In this document: positions 12,790 through 24,704 of the stretch, in pieces | Position numbering within the stretch: the first letter of the stretch is position 1 | Layout: each line of letters begins with the position of its first letter | DNA from: Malacoraja senta | Lineage: Eukaryota | NCBI GenBank assembly: GCA_038087875.1 | Contig: JAXLNO010000059.1 | Location: forward strand, 1-55,545 | DNA length: 55,545 nt | Direction of reading: 5' to 3' | Position numbers and translations under genes: made by a program | The notes under the pieces: generated by a model | The model's input: only the letters and a program-made list of their open reading frames with translations | Told to the model about the DNA's origin: nothing | The model's database searches: none

Positions 12790-13160
12790 ATGTAATATAT
12801 GTTACACTATAACACACTATAACACACTAAGATACGTAATAATGCAATACAACCCATTACTATGATAAACTGTATAATACAGCATAACACTACAATGCAA
12901 TATAACACTATAAGACAGAACATTTATAACGCTATTCTAACGCTATAACACATTGCAATACATGCACTATAATACAGTATGGCAATAAAACACATTTTAA
13001 CACCCTAGTACACCCTATTATAGTTACAGTGTTTTATTCTGATATAGTGCATTATAGTGTGTTATAGTGAATTATAATGTTTTTTAGTGTGTTATAGTTA
13101 ATATTATAGCGTATTGTACTATAATGTCCACGTGTAATAAAGTGTATTGTGTGTTTATAA
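12790..13160. repeat. Degenerate AT-rich (TATAACAC-like) low-complexity repeat that flips orientation near 13020
   Basis: ATAACAC/CACTAT motifs dominate up to ~13020; GTGTTAT/ATAGTG motifs dominate afterwards. Confidence 0.6.
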
Positions 13161-13559
13161 GGGGGGGGGGGGAAAGGAGAAAAAAAAGAGCACCAGGGAG
13201 GATCTCTAGAGAACATAGACAGGTGACATTTCGGATCGGCATCCTTCTTCAGAGCGGAGAAAGCTGGATAGAAGAGGGGCAAAACAGAGGCCAACGAGTT
13301 AGAAGTCGACGCAGGTAAGGGGGGGGGGGCGGGGGGGTGGTGGAAGGGGGTGGTTTGATAGGTAGATGTTTGGACAAAGGCCAGAAACATAGCAATCATG
13401 ATATGTTGCAAAGTAAAATGGGCTTGAGATTCCAAATGCCTACTCCAATTTCTATATAACTGTTCTTTGGTGGCTCTATCCTGTTGGAATTCAGCTTTAC
13501 AAAAGGCTGAAGGCACTAATCTAGTTTGCTGTCAACACTGGAATATTTGCCCATCTTTT

Positions 13560-13826
13560 GGACAGCGTTGGTAGAGCTGATGCCTCACAGTGCCAGAGAA
13601 CCAGGTTCGATCCTGACCTCAGCCGCTTTTTACGTGGAGTTTGTACATTCTCACAGTGGGTTTCTTCTGGGTGCTCCGGTTTCCCACCACATCCCAAAGA
13701 TGTAAATTAATTGTCTTCTGCAAATGTCCCCGAATGTGTCATGAGTGGGAATGGTGATCGATGGTCAGTGCGGACTCGTTGGGCCAAAGAGCCTGTTACC
13801 ATGGTGTATCTTTAAATTTAAATTAA
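13560..13826 (+). mobile_element. HE1-like tRNA-derived V-SINE, diverged
   Basis: GGTAGAGCTG...GGTTCGATCC Pol III boxes, GGAGTTTGTACATTCTC V-domain and a CR1-like tail. Confidence 0.75.
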
Positions 13827-14056
13827 ACATATTTGATCTGCGAATAATTGCAGGCTGCCTTATAGAAGGGTGAAGGTAGGTTGATGATGGAAGTCTAGAT
13901 AAGACAAACCATATAAAAATTATTGTCATGGAGAATTTCATTTTATTTAAAGATAAGCATAGCTGTGCAAATCAAACAGCTGCATTTCTAAGTAATTCTT
14001 GTTTCCACTGATACATAGTGGAAGGAGTTCAGGGATGGATTGGTAGAATGGTTGGG

Positions 14057-16195
14057 TCATAGAATCATAGAGTGATACAGCGTGGAATCAGGCCCTTCAG
14101 CCCAACTTGCCCACACTGGCTAACATGTCCCAGCTACACTAGTCCCACCTGCCCGTGTTTGGCCCATATCCTTCCAAACCTGTCCTATCCATGTACCTGT
14201 CCAACTGTTTCTTAAACAATGGGATTGTCCCAGCCTCATCTACCTCTACTTGTTCCATACACCCACCACCCTTTGTGTGAAAAAGTTACCCCTCGAATCC
14301 CTATTAAATCTTTTCCCCTTCACCTTGAACCTATGTTCTCTGGTCCTCGATTCCTCTGCTCTGGGCAAAATACTCTGTGCATCTACCTGATCTATTCCTC
14401 TCATAATCTTATACACCTCTTATCCTCCTGCGCTCCATGGAATAGAGACTCAGCCTACTCAACCTCTCCCTATAGCTCACACCTTCAAGTCCTGGCTACA
14501 TCCTTGTAAATCTGTTCTGAACCCTTTCAAGCTTGACAATATCTTTCCAATAACATGGTGCCCAGAACTGAACACAATATTCTAAAGGTCTCACCAACAC
14601 CTTATACAACTGCAACATGACCTTCCGAGTTCAATACTCAATATTTTGACTGATGAAGGCCAATGTGCCAAAAGTCTTTTTGACCACCTTATCGACCTAC
14701 GACTCGACCTTGAAGGAACCATGCACCTGCACTCCTAGATCCCTATGCTCTACAACACTATCCAGAAGCCTACCATTTACTGTGTAGGACCTGCCCTTGT
14801 TCGACATCCCAAAATGCAACACCTCACACTTCTCTGTATTAAATTCCATCAACCACCAGGCCGATCGATCCAGATCCTGCTGCAATCGTTCACAACCATC
14901 TTCACTGTCTGCAAAACTACTAACTTTTGTATCATCAGCAAACTTGTTAATTTTGCCCTGCATATTCTCAGCCAAACACTTGATGTAGATGACAAACAGT
15001 AACGGGCCCAGCACCAAACCCTAGGGTACACCACTAGTCACAGGCATCCAGTATGAGAAGCAATCTTCCACCATTACCCTCTGTTTCCTTCCATGAAGCC
15101 AATTGGCTATCCATTCAGCTATCTCTCTTTGGATCCCATGCGATCAAGTTCGCCGATGACACTGTGGTTGGACGAACCACAGATGGGGACGAGTCAGAGT
15201 ATAGAAGTGAGATTGACCGACTGACCAAATGGTGCCAGCACAACAACCTGGCTCTCCACATCAGTAAGACCAAGGAACTGATTGTGGACTTTAGTAGGGG
15301 AAGGATGAGGACCCACAATCCTGTTTATATCAACGGGACGATGGTGGAGAGGGTCAATAACCTCAAATTCCTGGACGTGCATATTTCAGAAGATATTTCC
15401 TGGGCCCAGCACACCGATGCAATTGTAAAGAAGGCACATCAGCGACTCTACTTCCTGAGAAGATTACGGAGATTCGGCATGTCGAAGAGGATTCTCCTAA
15501 ACAGGTGCACGGTAGAGAGCATTCTGACTGGTTGCATCGTGGCCTGGTTCGGCAACTTGAACGTCCAGAAGAGAAAAAGACTAAAAAAAGTTGTGACCAC
15601 TGCCCAGTCCATCACCGGCTTTGACCTCCCCACCGTCGAAGGGATCTATCGTAGTTGCTGCCTCAAAAAGGCAGCCAAAACCGTCAAGGACCCACACCAT
15701 CCTGGCCACTGTCATCAGGAAGAAGGTACAGGAGCCTGAAGACTGTAATGTCCAGATTCAGGTACAGCTTCTTCCCCACAGCCATCAGGCAATTAAACAC
15801 AACGAATAAGCTATGAGCTCTGAACTGCAAAAGACAAAATTGTTATTTGTTATTTGCACTATATTTGTTAGTTATTGAACTTTTCCTTTTTTTCCCCGTT
15901 ATATACAATGTTTACATATTCATATATTCTGTTGTGCTGCAGCAAGTAAGAATTTCATTGTCCTGTCCGGGACATATGACAATAAAACACTCTTGACTCT
16001 TGACTCTTGATCTAACCTTCCAGAGCAGCCTACCATGCGGAACCTTGTCGAACGCCATCTGCACAATGTACACATCTCCAGTTCTACCTACATCAATCTT
16101 TTTGGTCACGTCTTCAAATAAATTAATCAGATTTGTGAGACACGACCTCCCACGTACAAATGCAGACTATCCCTAAACAGCCCTTGCCCATCCAA
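14057..16195 (-). mobile_element. Decayed CR1 LINE 3' part, split by a Rex1-like insertion
   Basis: Minus-strand VLGPLLFVIY/KFADDTK fragments; the sequence LLWKVRS|HGIQ is split across 15145/16009. Confidence 0.85.
15146..16010 (+). mobile_element. Rex1/Babar-like non-LTR retrotransposon 3' fragment
   Basis: KFADDT, WCQHNNLAL, KTKELIVDF and KKAHQRLYFLRRL motifs; AATAAA plus (CTCTTGA)3 tail; GATC duplicated at 15142-15145 and 16009-16012. Confidence 0.85.
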
Positions 16196-16460
16196 ATGGG
16201 TCTTTGGCTTCATTTATGTGGAACAAAACAGGTGTCTGGTGAATGTTAAAGAGAATTGGTGATGTTCTTTTGGAATGTGAATGCACAAGAAGGGAGCAAA
16301 GCAGAATGGTGGGAACTATACGGAAATTAATTTCCCTCCTGGGATAAATAAAGTTCTATCAAATCGTATCGTATCGTATCATAAAGGATGAGGTTATGGA
16401 GTACTTAGAAGTTCACGATAAAATAGGCCAAAGTCAGCATAGTTTTGTGAAGGGTAGTCT

Positions 16461-16753
16461 TGATAATCGCTTGTTTCTAAGCTTCCCCCGAGTCTAGTTT
16501 TTACCAAAAGCGCATCACAGATCAAACACTGGACCTATCCCCACCACAGGTTCGATCCCTGTGTCTACTGTTTAAGCCTTCTAGGCCTCGCGCAGACAGA
16601 GACACTCCAGAAGTTCCTCCAGAAGATTGACCCTGAGCCTCGTGATCACGGCCTTTTATATGCCCCGCGAACCTGAGGGCCGAAACACACGGGGTTGTCT
16701 TCCAATTACCCAATTACAAAGTCCTGACTGGTCCAATTTAGCCAGGATTAACA
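16461..16753 (-). mobile_element. Solo LTR (293 bp) with 4-bp TSD
   Basis: Termini TGATAATC...GATTAACA (TG..CA, imperfect 8-bp IR); GTCT at 16457-16460 and 16754-16757; TATA-like CATATAAAAGG on the minus strand near 16655. Confidence 0.75.
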
Positions 16754-16759
16754 GTCTTA

Positions 16760-17306
16760 AGGACCTGTCCCACCAGCATGCGATTGCATGCGTCTAGCGC
16801 GACCAAACGTGGTCGCTTGAGGCGTACGGCCGCGCGGGGCCGGTCCCACTTCGAAGCGCGGAGGCGTATGGAATTGTGCGGGGCTGGTCCCGACATCGCG
16901 CGGGGCTCTGAAAATCCTGCACTGTCCGAAAATTCCACGCGCCAACGGCCTATCGGCCCGCAGGCGCATTAAGGGCGTACGCAGCGTCTTGACAGCATAC
17001 GCAGCGTCTTGACGTCGTACGCAGCGTCTTGACTGTGTACACCTATCGCGTGGCATTGTGCGATGACTACACCTCCCGGCATGCCGTTGCGTGATGACAT
17101 CACCGCCCGACGCCGTGCGACGTCCAAATACAGTCGGCCAGCCTCCTGCCCAGCTGATTGGTGAGTATGACGTAAATTACGTCACGCACGAACTTTGCGC
17201 ATACTTACCGCGTACTTAGCACGGACTTAGCGCGAACTTAGCGCGAACTCCGCTTCCGTTTGGTCACGCCAAATGCATGCAATCGCATGCTGGTGGGACA
17301 GGCCCT
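16760..17306. mobile_element. Non-autonomous PIF/Harbinger-like MITE, GC-rich
   Basis: TIRs AGGACCTGTCCCACCAGCATGCGATTGCAT / ATGCAATCGCATGCTGGTGGGACAGGCCCT; TTA and TAA flanks; a 3-bp TSD preserves the host CR1 spacing. Confidence 0.8.
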
Positions 17307-18384
17307 TAACCTGACAAATCTGCTGGAATTCTTTAAAGATGTAAATAGCAGAACAGACAAAGGAGAGTCAGTCGATGTTGTTTACCTAAATTTTAAGAAA
17401 GCCTTTGATAAGGTGTCACACGTGAGGCTGCTAAGGAAGAAGGAGCCCGTGGTATTAAAGGACAGATACTAGCATGGATAGCAGGTTGGCTGGTTGGCAG
17501 AAGGCAAAGAGTGGCAATAAAGGGGGCATTTCCTAGTTTGCTGCTAGTGACTCGCGGAGTTCTGCAGGGGTCGGTGCTGGGACCGGTACTATTCACGTTG
17601 CATATCAATGATTTGGACGAGGGGATTGAAGGCTTTGTGGCATGATACGAAATAGGTGGAGAGACAGGTAGTGTAGAGAAAGCAGGGACTCTGCAGAAGG
17701 ACTTGGACAGGTTGGGAGAGTGGGCAGAGAAGTGGCAGATGGAATACAGTGCAGCAAAGTGTGAAGTCATGCACTTAGTAGTAGAAATAAAGGTGTATCC
17801 TTATTTCTAAATCGGAATTGCAAAGGGACTTGGAGTGCTGGTGCAGGATTCCCAAAAAGTTAATCTGCAAGTCAAATCGGTAGCAAAGAAAGCAAACTAA
17901 ATACTAGCATTTATTACAAGATGGCTTGTATACAAAAACAGGGATGTAATGTTGAGGCTCTATAAGGCGCTGGTCAGGCTGCATTCAGAGTATTGTGAGC
18001 AATTTTGGGCACCATATCTGAGGAAGGATGTGCTGGCTCTGGAGAGGGTCCAGAGGAAGTTTACAAGAATGATCCCAGGAATGAGTGGGTTAACATTGAT
18101 GAGTGATTGACGTCACTGGGCACAGAAAGTTGTGGAGGCCAAGTCAATGGATATTTTTAAGGCAGAGATAGATAGATTCTTAATTGGTACGGGTGTCAGG
18201 GGTTATGGGGAATAGGCAGGAGAATGGGATTAGGAGGGAGAGATAGATCAGCAATGATTGAATGGTGGAGTAGACTAGATGGGCTGAATGGCCTAATTCT
18301 GATCCTATCACATGACCTTATGACCTTATGAATGTATTTGTAAAATTAGTGATTGGATTTTAGCATGGAATAGGCCATTCAGCT

Positions 18385-18665
18385 CACCATTGAACTTCAC
18401 AGTGCCAGAGATGCAAATTCGATACTGACCTTGAGTGCTGTCTATGAGTAGTTTGCATGTTCTCCCTGCTTTATACCACATCCCAAGACATGCAAGTTTG
18501 CAGGTTAATTGGCCTCTGTAAAAATTGTCGCCAGTGTGTCGGGAGTGGGTAAAAAATTGGGGTAACTTAGTACTAGAGTGAACCGGGTGATCGACATTCA
18601 GCATGGACTTGGTGGGCTGAAGGGCCTGTTTCCATGCTGTATCTCTAACCTGAACCAAACTAAAC
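18385..18665 (+). mobile_element. HE1-like V-SINE, diverged
   Basis: TTCGATACTGACC, GTTTGCATGTTCTCC, and tail GGGCCTGTTTCCATGCTGTATCTCTAA. Confidence 0.65.
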
Positions 18666-18679
18666 AATGTCCATGCCAA

Positions 18680-19530
18680 CCACTGCAGAGCCATACCGCA
18701 CAAAAGCATGCATTTCCGCTCAACTCGTCCATGCCGGCAAAGATCCCCCATCTAAGCTTGTTCCATTTGCTTGCATTTGGACCAGATCCTTCCATACCTG
18801 TCATGTACCTGTCTAAATGTCTTTTAAATGCTGTGATAGTATTTGTCTCAAGTACCTCCCCTGGCGCTCGTTCCGTATACCTACCACTCGCTGAGTGAAA
18901 AGATTGCTCCTCAGGTTTGTATTAAACCTTGCCGCTCTCACCTTAAACATAAGCACTCTTGTTTTTGATATTGGGTCTGAAGAAGGGTTTCGCCCCGAAA
19001 TTTTACCAATTCCTTCTCTCCAGAGATGCTGCCTGTCTCGCTGAGTTACTCCAGCATTTTGTGTCTATCTTTGATTTTCCTACCCTATTTACCATTCAAT
19101 TTACCCAATCTATTCTTATTATTATTTTATACATCTCTATAAGATCACCTCTCAGCCTCCTGTGCTCCAAGGAATAAAGTTCTAGCCTACCAAAAACTCT
19201 CCCTGTAGATCAGACCCTCAAGTTCTGCCAAAATCCTCGTTAATCCGCTCTGCACTTTTTCCTTGTTATACCAGGGTGACTAAAACTGAACACATAATTC
19301 CAACATCTTGGACAAGTGTATCATAACAATTCAACTTTTATACTCAATACCCTTACTGATGAAGGCCAATGCACCAAAAGCCTGTCTACTTGTGTTACCA
19401 GTTTTAGGGAACCATCTACCTGTACTCATCGATCCCTCTGCTCTACAACACTCCTCAGGGCCCTACCATTCACTGTGAAAGTCCTATCCTGGTTTGACTT
19501 CTCAAAATGCAACACCTTAAACTATCTGCA
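18680..19530 (-). mobile_element. Decayed CR1 3' fragment with a Penelope pLTR relic inserted at ~18973-19075
   Basis: Similar to the CR1 at 14057-15145; the inserted CTGAAGAAGGG...GAAA...GAGTTACTCCAGCA unit is clear. Confidence 0.7.
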
Positions 19531-20149
19531 TTAGTGTGTAGGAAGGAACTGCTGATGCTGGTTTATAGTGAAGATAGACACAAAGTGCTGGAGTAACTCA
19601 GCGGGACAGGCAGCATCTCTGGAGAAAAAGGATGGGGAATGATTGTTGAAACCCTTCATCAGACTGAAAATGGGGGGGGGTGGGGATGGAGGTAGGAAAA
19701 GGCTGGAGAGAGGAAGAAAACTTCTTCATAGTAGGCAAGCCTTGAGCATCCCCTCCAGGTATGCCTAGTTTGAAGAGGCTGTCCTCCTCTCACTGAAATC
19801 AAGATACGCCTACTTTGAAGAAGTTCTCCATGATGCTGCTTGACCCTCTGAGTTACTCCAGCACTTTGTGCCTATCTTCCATTGTATCTCCACTGCACGC
19901 TCTCCCACGCAATGTCAGACTTCCCATAGAATGGCAAGCTGAGCTGGTGCACTGTACTTGTTCTCCTCTACCTATCACGCCAAATCTGCCTCAAATTTAT
20001 TCTGCAGAAAACTCTGACTGATATTCCGAACAGTCTTAAAGCACAGTATCATTAATAATTTGGACATACTACACTAAACGTTGTTCCCTTGCCATGTATC
20101 TGTACACTACAAATGGATCGATTGTAATTATGTATTGTCTTTCTGCTGA

Positions 20150-20247
20150 AGATAGACACAAAAAGCTGGAGTAACTCAGCGGGACAGGCAGCATCTCTGG
20201 AGAGAAGGAATGGGTGACGTTTTGGGTCGAGACCCTTCTTCAGACCA
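20150..20247 (-). mobile_element. Penelope pseudo-LTR mini-insertion with a 13-bp flanking duplication
   Basis: GTCTTTCTGCTGA at 20137-20149 and 20248-20260 flanks a 98-bp unit containing the minus-strand CTGAAGAAGGGTCTCGACCCAAAACGTCA motif. Confidence 0.75.
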
Positions 20248-20258
20248 GTCTTTCTGCT

Positions 20259-20634
20259 GACGCCCAGGGACCGTTGCAGGAGGTGGAGCAGCGTACGGGT
20301 AGTGAGTAGTTAAACAGCGCGGGACTTTGCTTTCCAGACGCCCAGGGACCGTTGCAGGAGGTGGAGCAGCGTCCGGGTAGTGAGTAGTTAAACAGCGCGG
20401 GACTTTGCTTTCCAGACGCCCAGGGACCGTTGCAGGAGGTGGAGCAGCGTCCGGGTAGTGAGTAGTTAAACAGCGCGGGACTTTGCTTTCCAGACGCCCA
20501 GGGACCGTTGCAGGAGGTGGAGCAGCGTCCGGGTAGTGAGTAGTTAAACAGCGCGGGACTTTGCTTTCCAGACGCCCAGGGACCGTTGCAGGAGGTGGAG
20601 CAGCGTCCGGGTAGTGAGTAGTTAAACAGCGCGG
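20259..20634 (+). repeat. 78-bp tandem repeat, ~4.8 nearly identical copies (CR1 5' UTR monomers)
   Basis: Units start at 20259, 20337, 20415, 20493 and 20571; one substitution seen in unit 1. Confidence 0.95.
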
Positions 20635-20818
20635 AACCAAAACTGCAACGTTCCATTCAAGTTTCCAATAAGTGGGGAAGCCTCTGATTGGTGGAAGAGG
20701 ACCAAGAGAAAGCAGCTGATTGGTGGAAGAGGACAAAGAGAAAGCAGCTGATTGGGAGTCGGATCCCTGCTGATTTCCTCCACCAGTTTTGTATTGTATC
20801 CAGGGTAAGGGGGGAAGT

Positions 20819-21748
20819 ATGAGTGCCAGGGCAGTTTACTGTTCTGGATGTCAGATGTGGGAGGTCATGGAGTCTGATACCCCTCCAGACGTTCACATCT
20901 GTGTCAGGTGCGTAGAGATGGGGTTCCTAAGGGACCGTGTTAGGAACCTGGAGCAGCAGCTCGATGACCTCTGTCTGATCAGGGAGAGTGAGGAGGTCAT
21001 AGAAAAGAGTTATAGAGAGGTGGCCACTCCAAGACCACGGGAGGCAGACAAGTGGGTCACAGTTAGGAAGGGCAAGGGGCAGAGGCAGGGACTAGTGAGT
21101 ACCCCAGTGGCTGTACACCTTGAAAATAAGTACTCCTGTTTGAGTACTGTTGAGGGGGACAGCCTTCCTGCGGGTAGCAACAGCGGCCGGGCCTCCGGCA
21201 CAGAGACCAGCCCTATTGCTCAGAAGGGTAGGGAAAAGAAGAGGAGGGCAATAGTAATAGGGGACTCTATGGTTAGGGGGTCGGATAGGCGATTCTGTGG
21301 ACGCAGTCAGGAGACCCGGATGGTAGTTTGCCTCCCTGGTGCCAGGGTCAGGGATGTGTCTGAACGCGTCCAAGATATCCTGAAATCGGAGGGAGAGGAG
21401 CCTGAGGTTGTGGTACATATAGGTACCAATGACATAGGTAGAAAAAGAGAAGAGGTCTTGAAAGGAGAATTTAGGGAGTTGGGAGGAGAGTTAAGGAGAA
21501 GGTCTACAAAGGTAACAATCTCAGGATTACTACCTGTGCCACGTGACGGTGAGAGTAGGAATGGAGTGAGGTGGAGGATAAATGCGTGGCTGAGGAACTG
21601 GTGCAGCGGGCAGGGATTCAAATTTCTGGATCATTGGGATTTCTTTTGGGGAAGGAGTGACCTGTACAGAAAGGACGGGTTGCACTTGAACCCGAGGGGC
21701 ACCAATATCCTGGCGGGAGATTTGCAAAGGCTACTGGGGAGACTTTAA
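20819..21748 (+). CDS. CR1 ORF1p: zinc finger, leucine zipper and SGNH esterase domain
   Basis: CSGC...HICVRC, heptad leucines, GDSM, PGA, HIGTND, DGLH. A probable 1-nt deletion near 21716 alters the last residues. Confidence 0.9.
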   Translation: MSARAVYCSGCQMWEVMESDTPPDVHICVRCVEMGFLRDRVRNLEQQLDDLCLIRESEEVIEKSYREVATPRPREADKWVTVRKGKGQRQGLVSTPVAVHLENKYSCLSTVEGDSLPAGSNSGRASGTETSPIAQKGREKKRRAIVIGDSMVRGSDRRFCGRSQETRMVVCLPGARVRDVSERVQDILKSEGEEPEVVVHIGTNDIGRKREEVLKGEFRELGGELRRRSTKVTISGLLPVPRDGESRNGVRWRINAWLRNWCSGQGFKFLDHWDFFWGRSDLYRKDGLHLNPRGTNILAGDLQRLLGRL

Positions 21749-21758
21749 ACTAGAACGG

Positions 21759-24704
21759 TTGGGGGGAGGGACTCAAATAGAGAAAGCTAGTGGAAAATGT
21801 GGGAGGCAGGAGGCAGAGAAGGGAAGCACTCGGACCCAAAATGTAGGGGAGAAAGAAGAAAAAGATAATAAACAGAGAATAAGTGGTGGTGGGTTTCTTA
21901 AATGTGTATATTTTAATGCTAGGAGCATTGTAAGAAAGGTGGATGAGCTTAGAGCCTGGATTGACACCTGGAAGTATGATGTTGTGGCGATCAGTGAAAC
22001 ATGGTTGCAGGAGGGCTGTGATTGGCAAATAAATATTCCAGGATTTCGTTGCTTCAGGGGTGATAGAATTGGAGGGGCAAGAGGTGGGGGTGTTGCATTG
22101 CTTGTCAAGGAAGATATTACAGCAGTGCTTTGGCAGGATAGATTAGAGGGCTCGTCTAGGGAGGCTATTTGGGTGGAAATGAGAAATGGGAAAGGTGTAG
22201 CAACACTTATAGGGGTGTATTATAGACTGCCAAATGGGGAGCGAGAATTGGAAGAGCAAATATGTAAGGAGATAGCAGATATTAGTAGTAAGCACAAGGT
22301 GGTGATTGTGGGAGATTTCAATTTTCCACACATAGACTGGGAAACACATTCTGTAAAAGGGCTGGATGGTTTGGAGTTTGTAAAATGTGTGCAAGATAGT
22401 TTTTTGCAGCAATACATAGAGGTACCTACTAGAGAAGGGGCAGTGCTGGACCTCCTGTTAGGAAATGAGACAGGGCAAGTGGCGGAGGTATGCGTCGGGG
22501 AGCACTTCGGGTCCAGTGATCACAATACCATTAGTTTCAATATAATTATGGAGAGGGTCAGAACTGGACCTAGGGTTGAGATTTTTGTTTGGAGAAAGGC
22601 TAACTTTGAGGAGATGCGAAAGGATTTAAAAGGAGTGAATTGGGACATGTTGTTTTATGGGAAGGATGTAGAAGAAAAATGGAGGACATTTAAGGGTGAA
22701 ATTTTAAGAGTACAGAATCTTTATGTCCCTGTTCGGTTGAAAGGAAATAGTAAAAAATGGAAAGAGCCATGGTTTTCAAGGGAAATTGGACACTTGGTTC
22801 GGAAAAAGAGAGAGATCTACAATATTTATAGGCAGCATGGAGTAAATGAGGTGCTTGAGGAGTATAAAGAATGTAAAAAGAATATTAAGAAAGAAATTAG
22901 AAAAGCTAAAAGAAGATATGAGGTTGCTTTGGCAAGTAAGGTGAAAGTAAATCCAAAGGGTTTCTACAGCTATATTAATAGCAAAAGGATAACAAGGAAT
23001 AAAATCGGTCCATTAGAGAGTCAGAGTGGACAGCTATCTGCAGAGCCAAAAGAGATGGGGGAGATATTGAACAATTTCTTTTCTTCGGTATTCACGAAGC
23101 AGAAGGATATGGAATTATGTGAGGTAAGGGAAACGAGCAGAGTAGCAATGGAAACTGTGAGATTCAAAGAAGAGGAGGTGCGGACACTTTTGAAAAATAT
23201 GAAAACGGATAAGTCTCCAGGTCCTGACAGGATATTCCCTAGGACATTGAGGGAAGTTAGTGTAGAAATAGCAGGGGCTATGACAGAAATATTTCAAATG
23301 TCATTAGAAACGGGAATAGTGCTGGAGGATTGGCGTACTGCGCATGTTGTTCCGTTGTTTAAAAAGGGTTCGAAGAGTAAACCTAGCAATTATAGACCTG
23401 TTAGTTTGACGTCAGTGGTGGGCAAATTAATGGAAAGGATAATTAAAGATAATATATATAAGCATCTGGATAAGCAGGGTCTGATTAGGAACAGTCAACA
23501 TGGATTTGTGCCTGGAAGGTCATGCTTGACTAATCTTCTTGAATTTTTCGAAGAGGTTACTAGGGAAATTGATGAGGGTAAAGCAGTGGATGTTGTCTAT
23601 ATGGACTTCAGTAAGGCCTTTGGCAAGGTTCCTCATGGAAGGTTGGTTAAGAAGATTCAATTGTTGGGTATTAATGGTGGAGTAGCAAGATGAATTCAAC
23701 AGTGGCTGAATGGGAGATGCCAGAGAGTAATGGTGGATGGCTGTTTGTCTGGTTGGAGGCCGGTGACTAGTGGGGTGCCTCAGGGGTCTGTGTTGGGTCC
23801 ACTGTTGTTTGTCATGTACATCAATGATCTGGATGAAGGTGTGGAAAATTGGATTAGTAAGTATGCAGATGATACTAAGATAGGTGGTGTTGTGGATAAT
23901 GAAGTAGATTTTCAAAGTCTACAGAGAGATTTAGGCCATTTGGAAGAGTGGGCTGAAAGATGGCAGATGGAGTTTAATGCTGACAAATGTGAGGTGCTAC
24001 ATCTCGGCAGGACAAATCAAAATAGGACGTACACGGTAAATGGTAGCGAATTGAGGAATGCAGTTGAACAGAGGGATCTAGGAATAACTGTGCATAGTTC
24101 CCTGAAGGTGGAATCTCATGTAGATAGGGTGGTAAAGAAAGCTTTTGGTGTGCTGGCCTTTATAAATCAGAGCATTGAATATAGAAGTTGGGATGTTATG
24201 TTAAAATTGTACAAGGCATTGGTGAGGCCAATTCTGGAGTATGGAGTACAATTTTGGTCGCCTAATTATAGGAAGGATGTCAACAAAATAGAGAGAGTAC
24301 AGAGGAGATTTACTAGAATGTTGCCTGGGTTTCAGCAACTAAGTTACAGAGAAAGGTTGAACAAGTTAGGTCTTTATTCTTTGGAGCGCAGAAGGTTAAG
24401 AGGGGACTTGATAGAGGTCTTTAAAATTATGAGCGGGTTAGACAGAGTGGACGTGGATAAGCTTTTCCCATTGAGAGTAGGGAAGATTCAAACAAGGGGA
24501 CATGACTTGAGAATTAAGGGACAGAAGTTTAGGGGGAACATTAGGGGGAACTTCTTTACTCAGAGAGTGGTAGCTGTGTGGAATGAGCTTCCAGTGGAAG
24601 TGGTGGAGGCAGGTTCGATGTTATCCTTTAAAAATAGATTGGATGGGTATATGGACGGGAAAGGAATGGAGGGTTATGGTCTGAGTGCAGGTAGATGGGA
24701 CTAG
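21759..24704 (+). pseudogene. CR1 ORF2 (APE endonuclease + RT) with a single in-frame nonsense codon at 23691-23693
   Basis: YFNARS, ISETW, GDFN, SSDH, KSPGPD, GVPQGS and KYADD. ORFs 21759..23693 and 23730..24704 share a frame, and the TGA sits at a position normally Trp. Confidence 0.93.

Larger units (their letters stand above)
16381..18330 (+). mobile_element. Decayed CR1 LINE fragment interrupted by a solo LTR and a MITE
   Basis: IGQSQH..VKG lies before 16460 and LTNLLEFF resumes at 17310; CR1 3' UTR with a (TGACCTTA)n tail. Confidence 0.85.

Noticed and set aside
15053..15739. Host gene such as ALKBH8 (N-terminal-like domain)
   Set aside because: The peptide is the C-terminal part of a Rex1-like RT, with a retroelement tail and TSD.
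20259..20634. CRISPR-like array, or repeat-protein ORFs 20176..20736 and 20240..20656
   Set aside because: Units are contiguous with no unique spacers and no cas genes are present; the ORFs are by-products of a 78-bp (multiple of 3) repeat.
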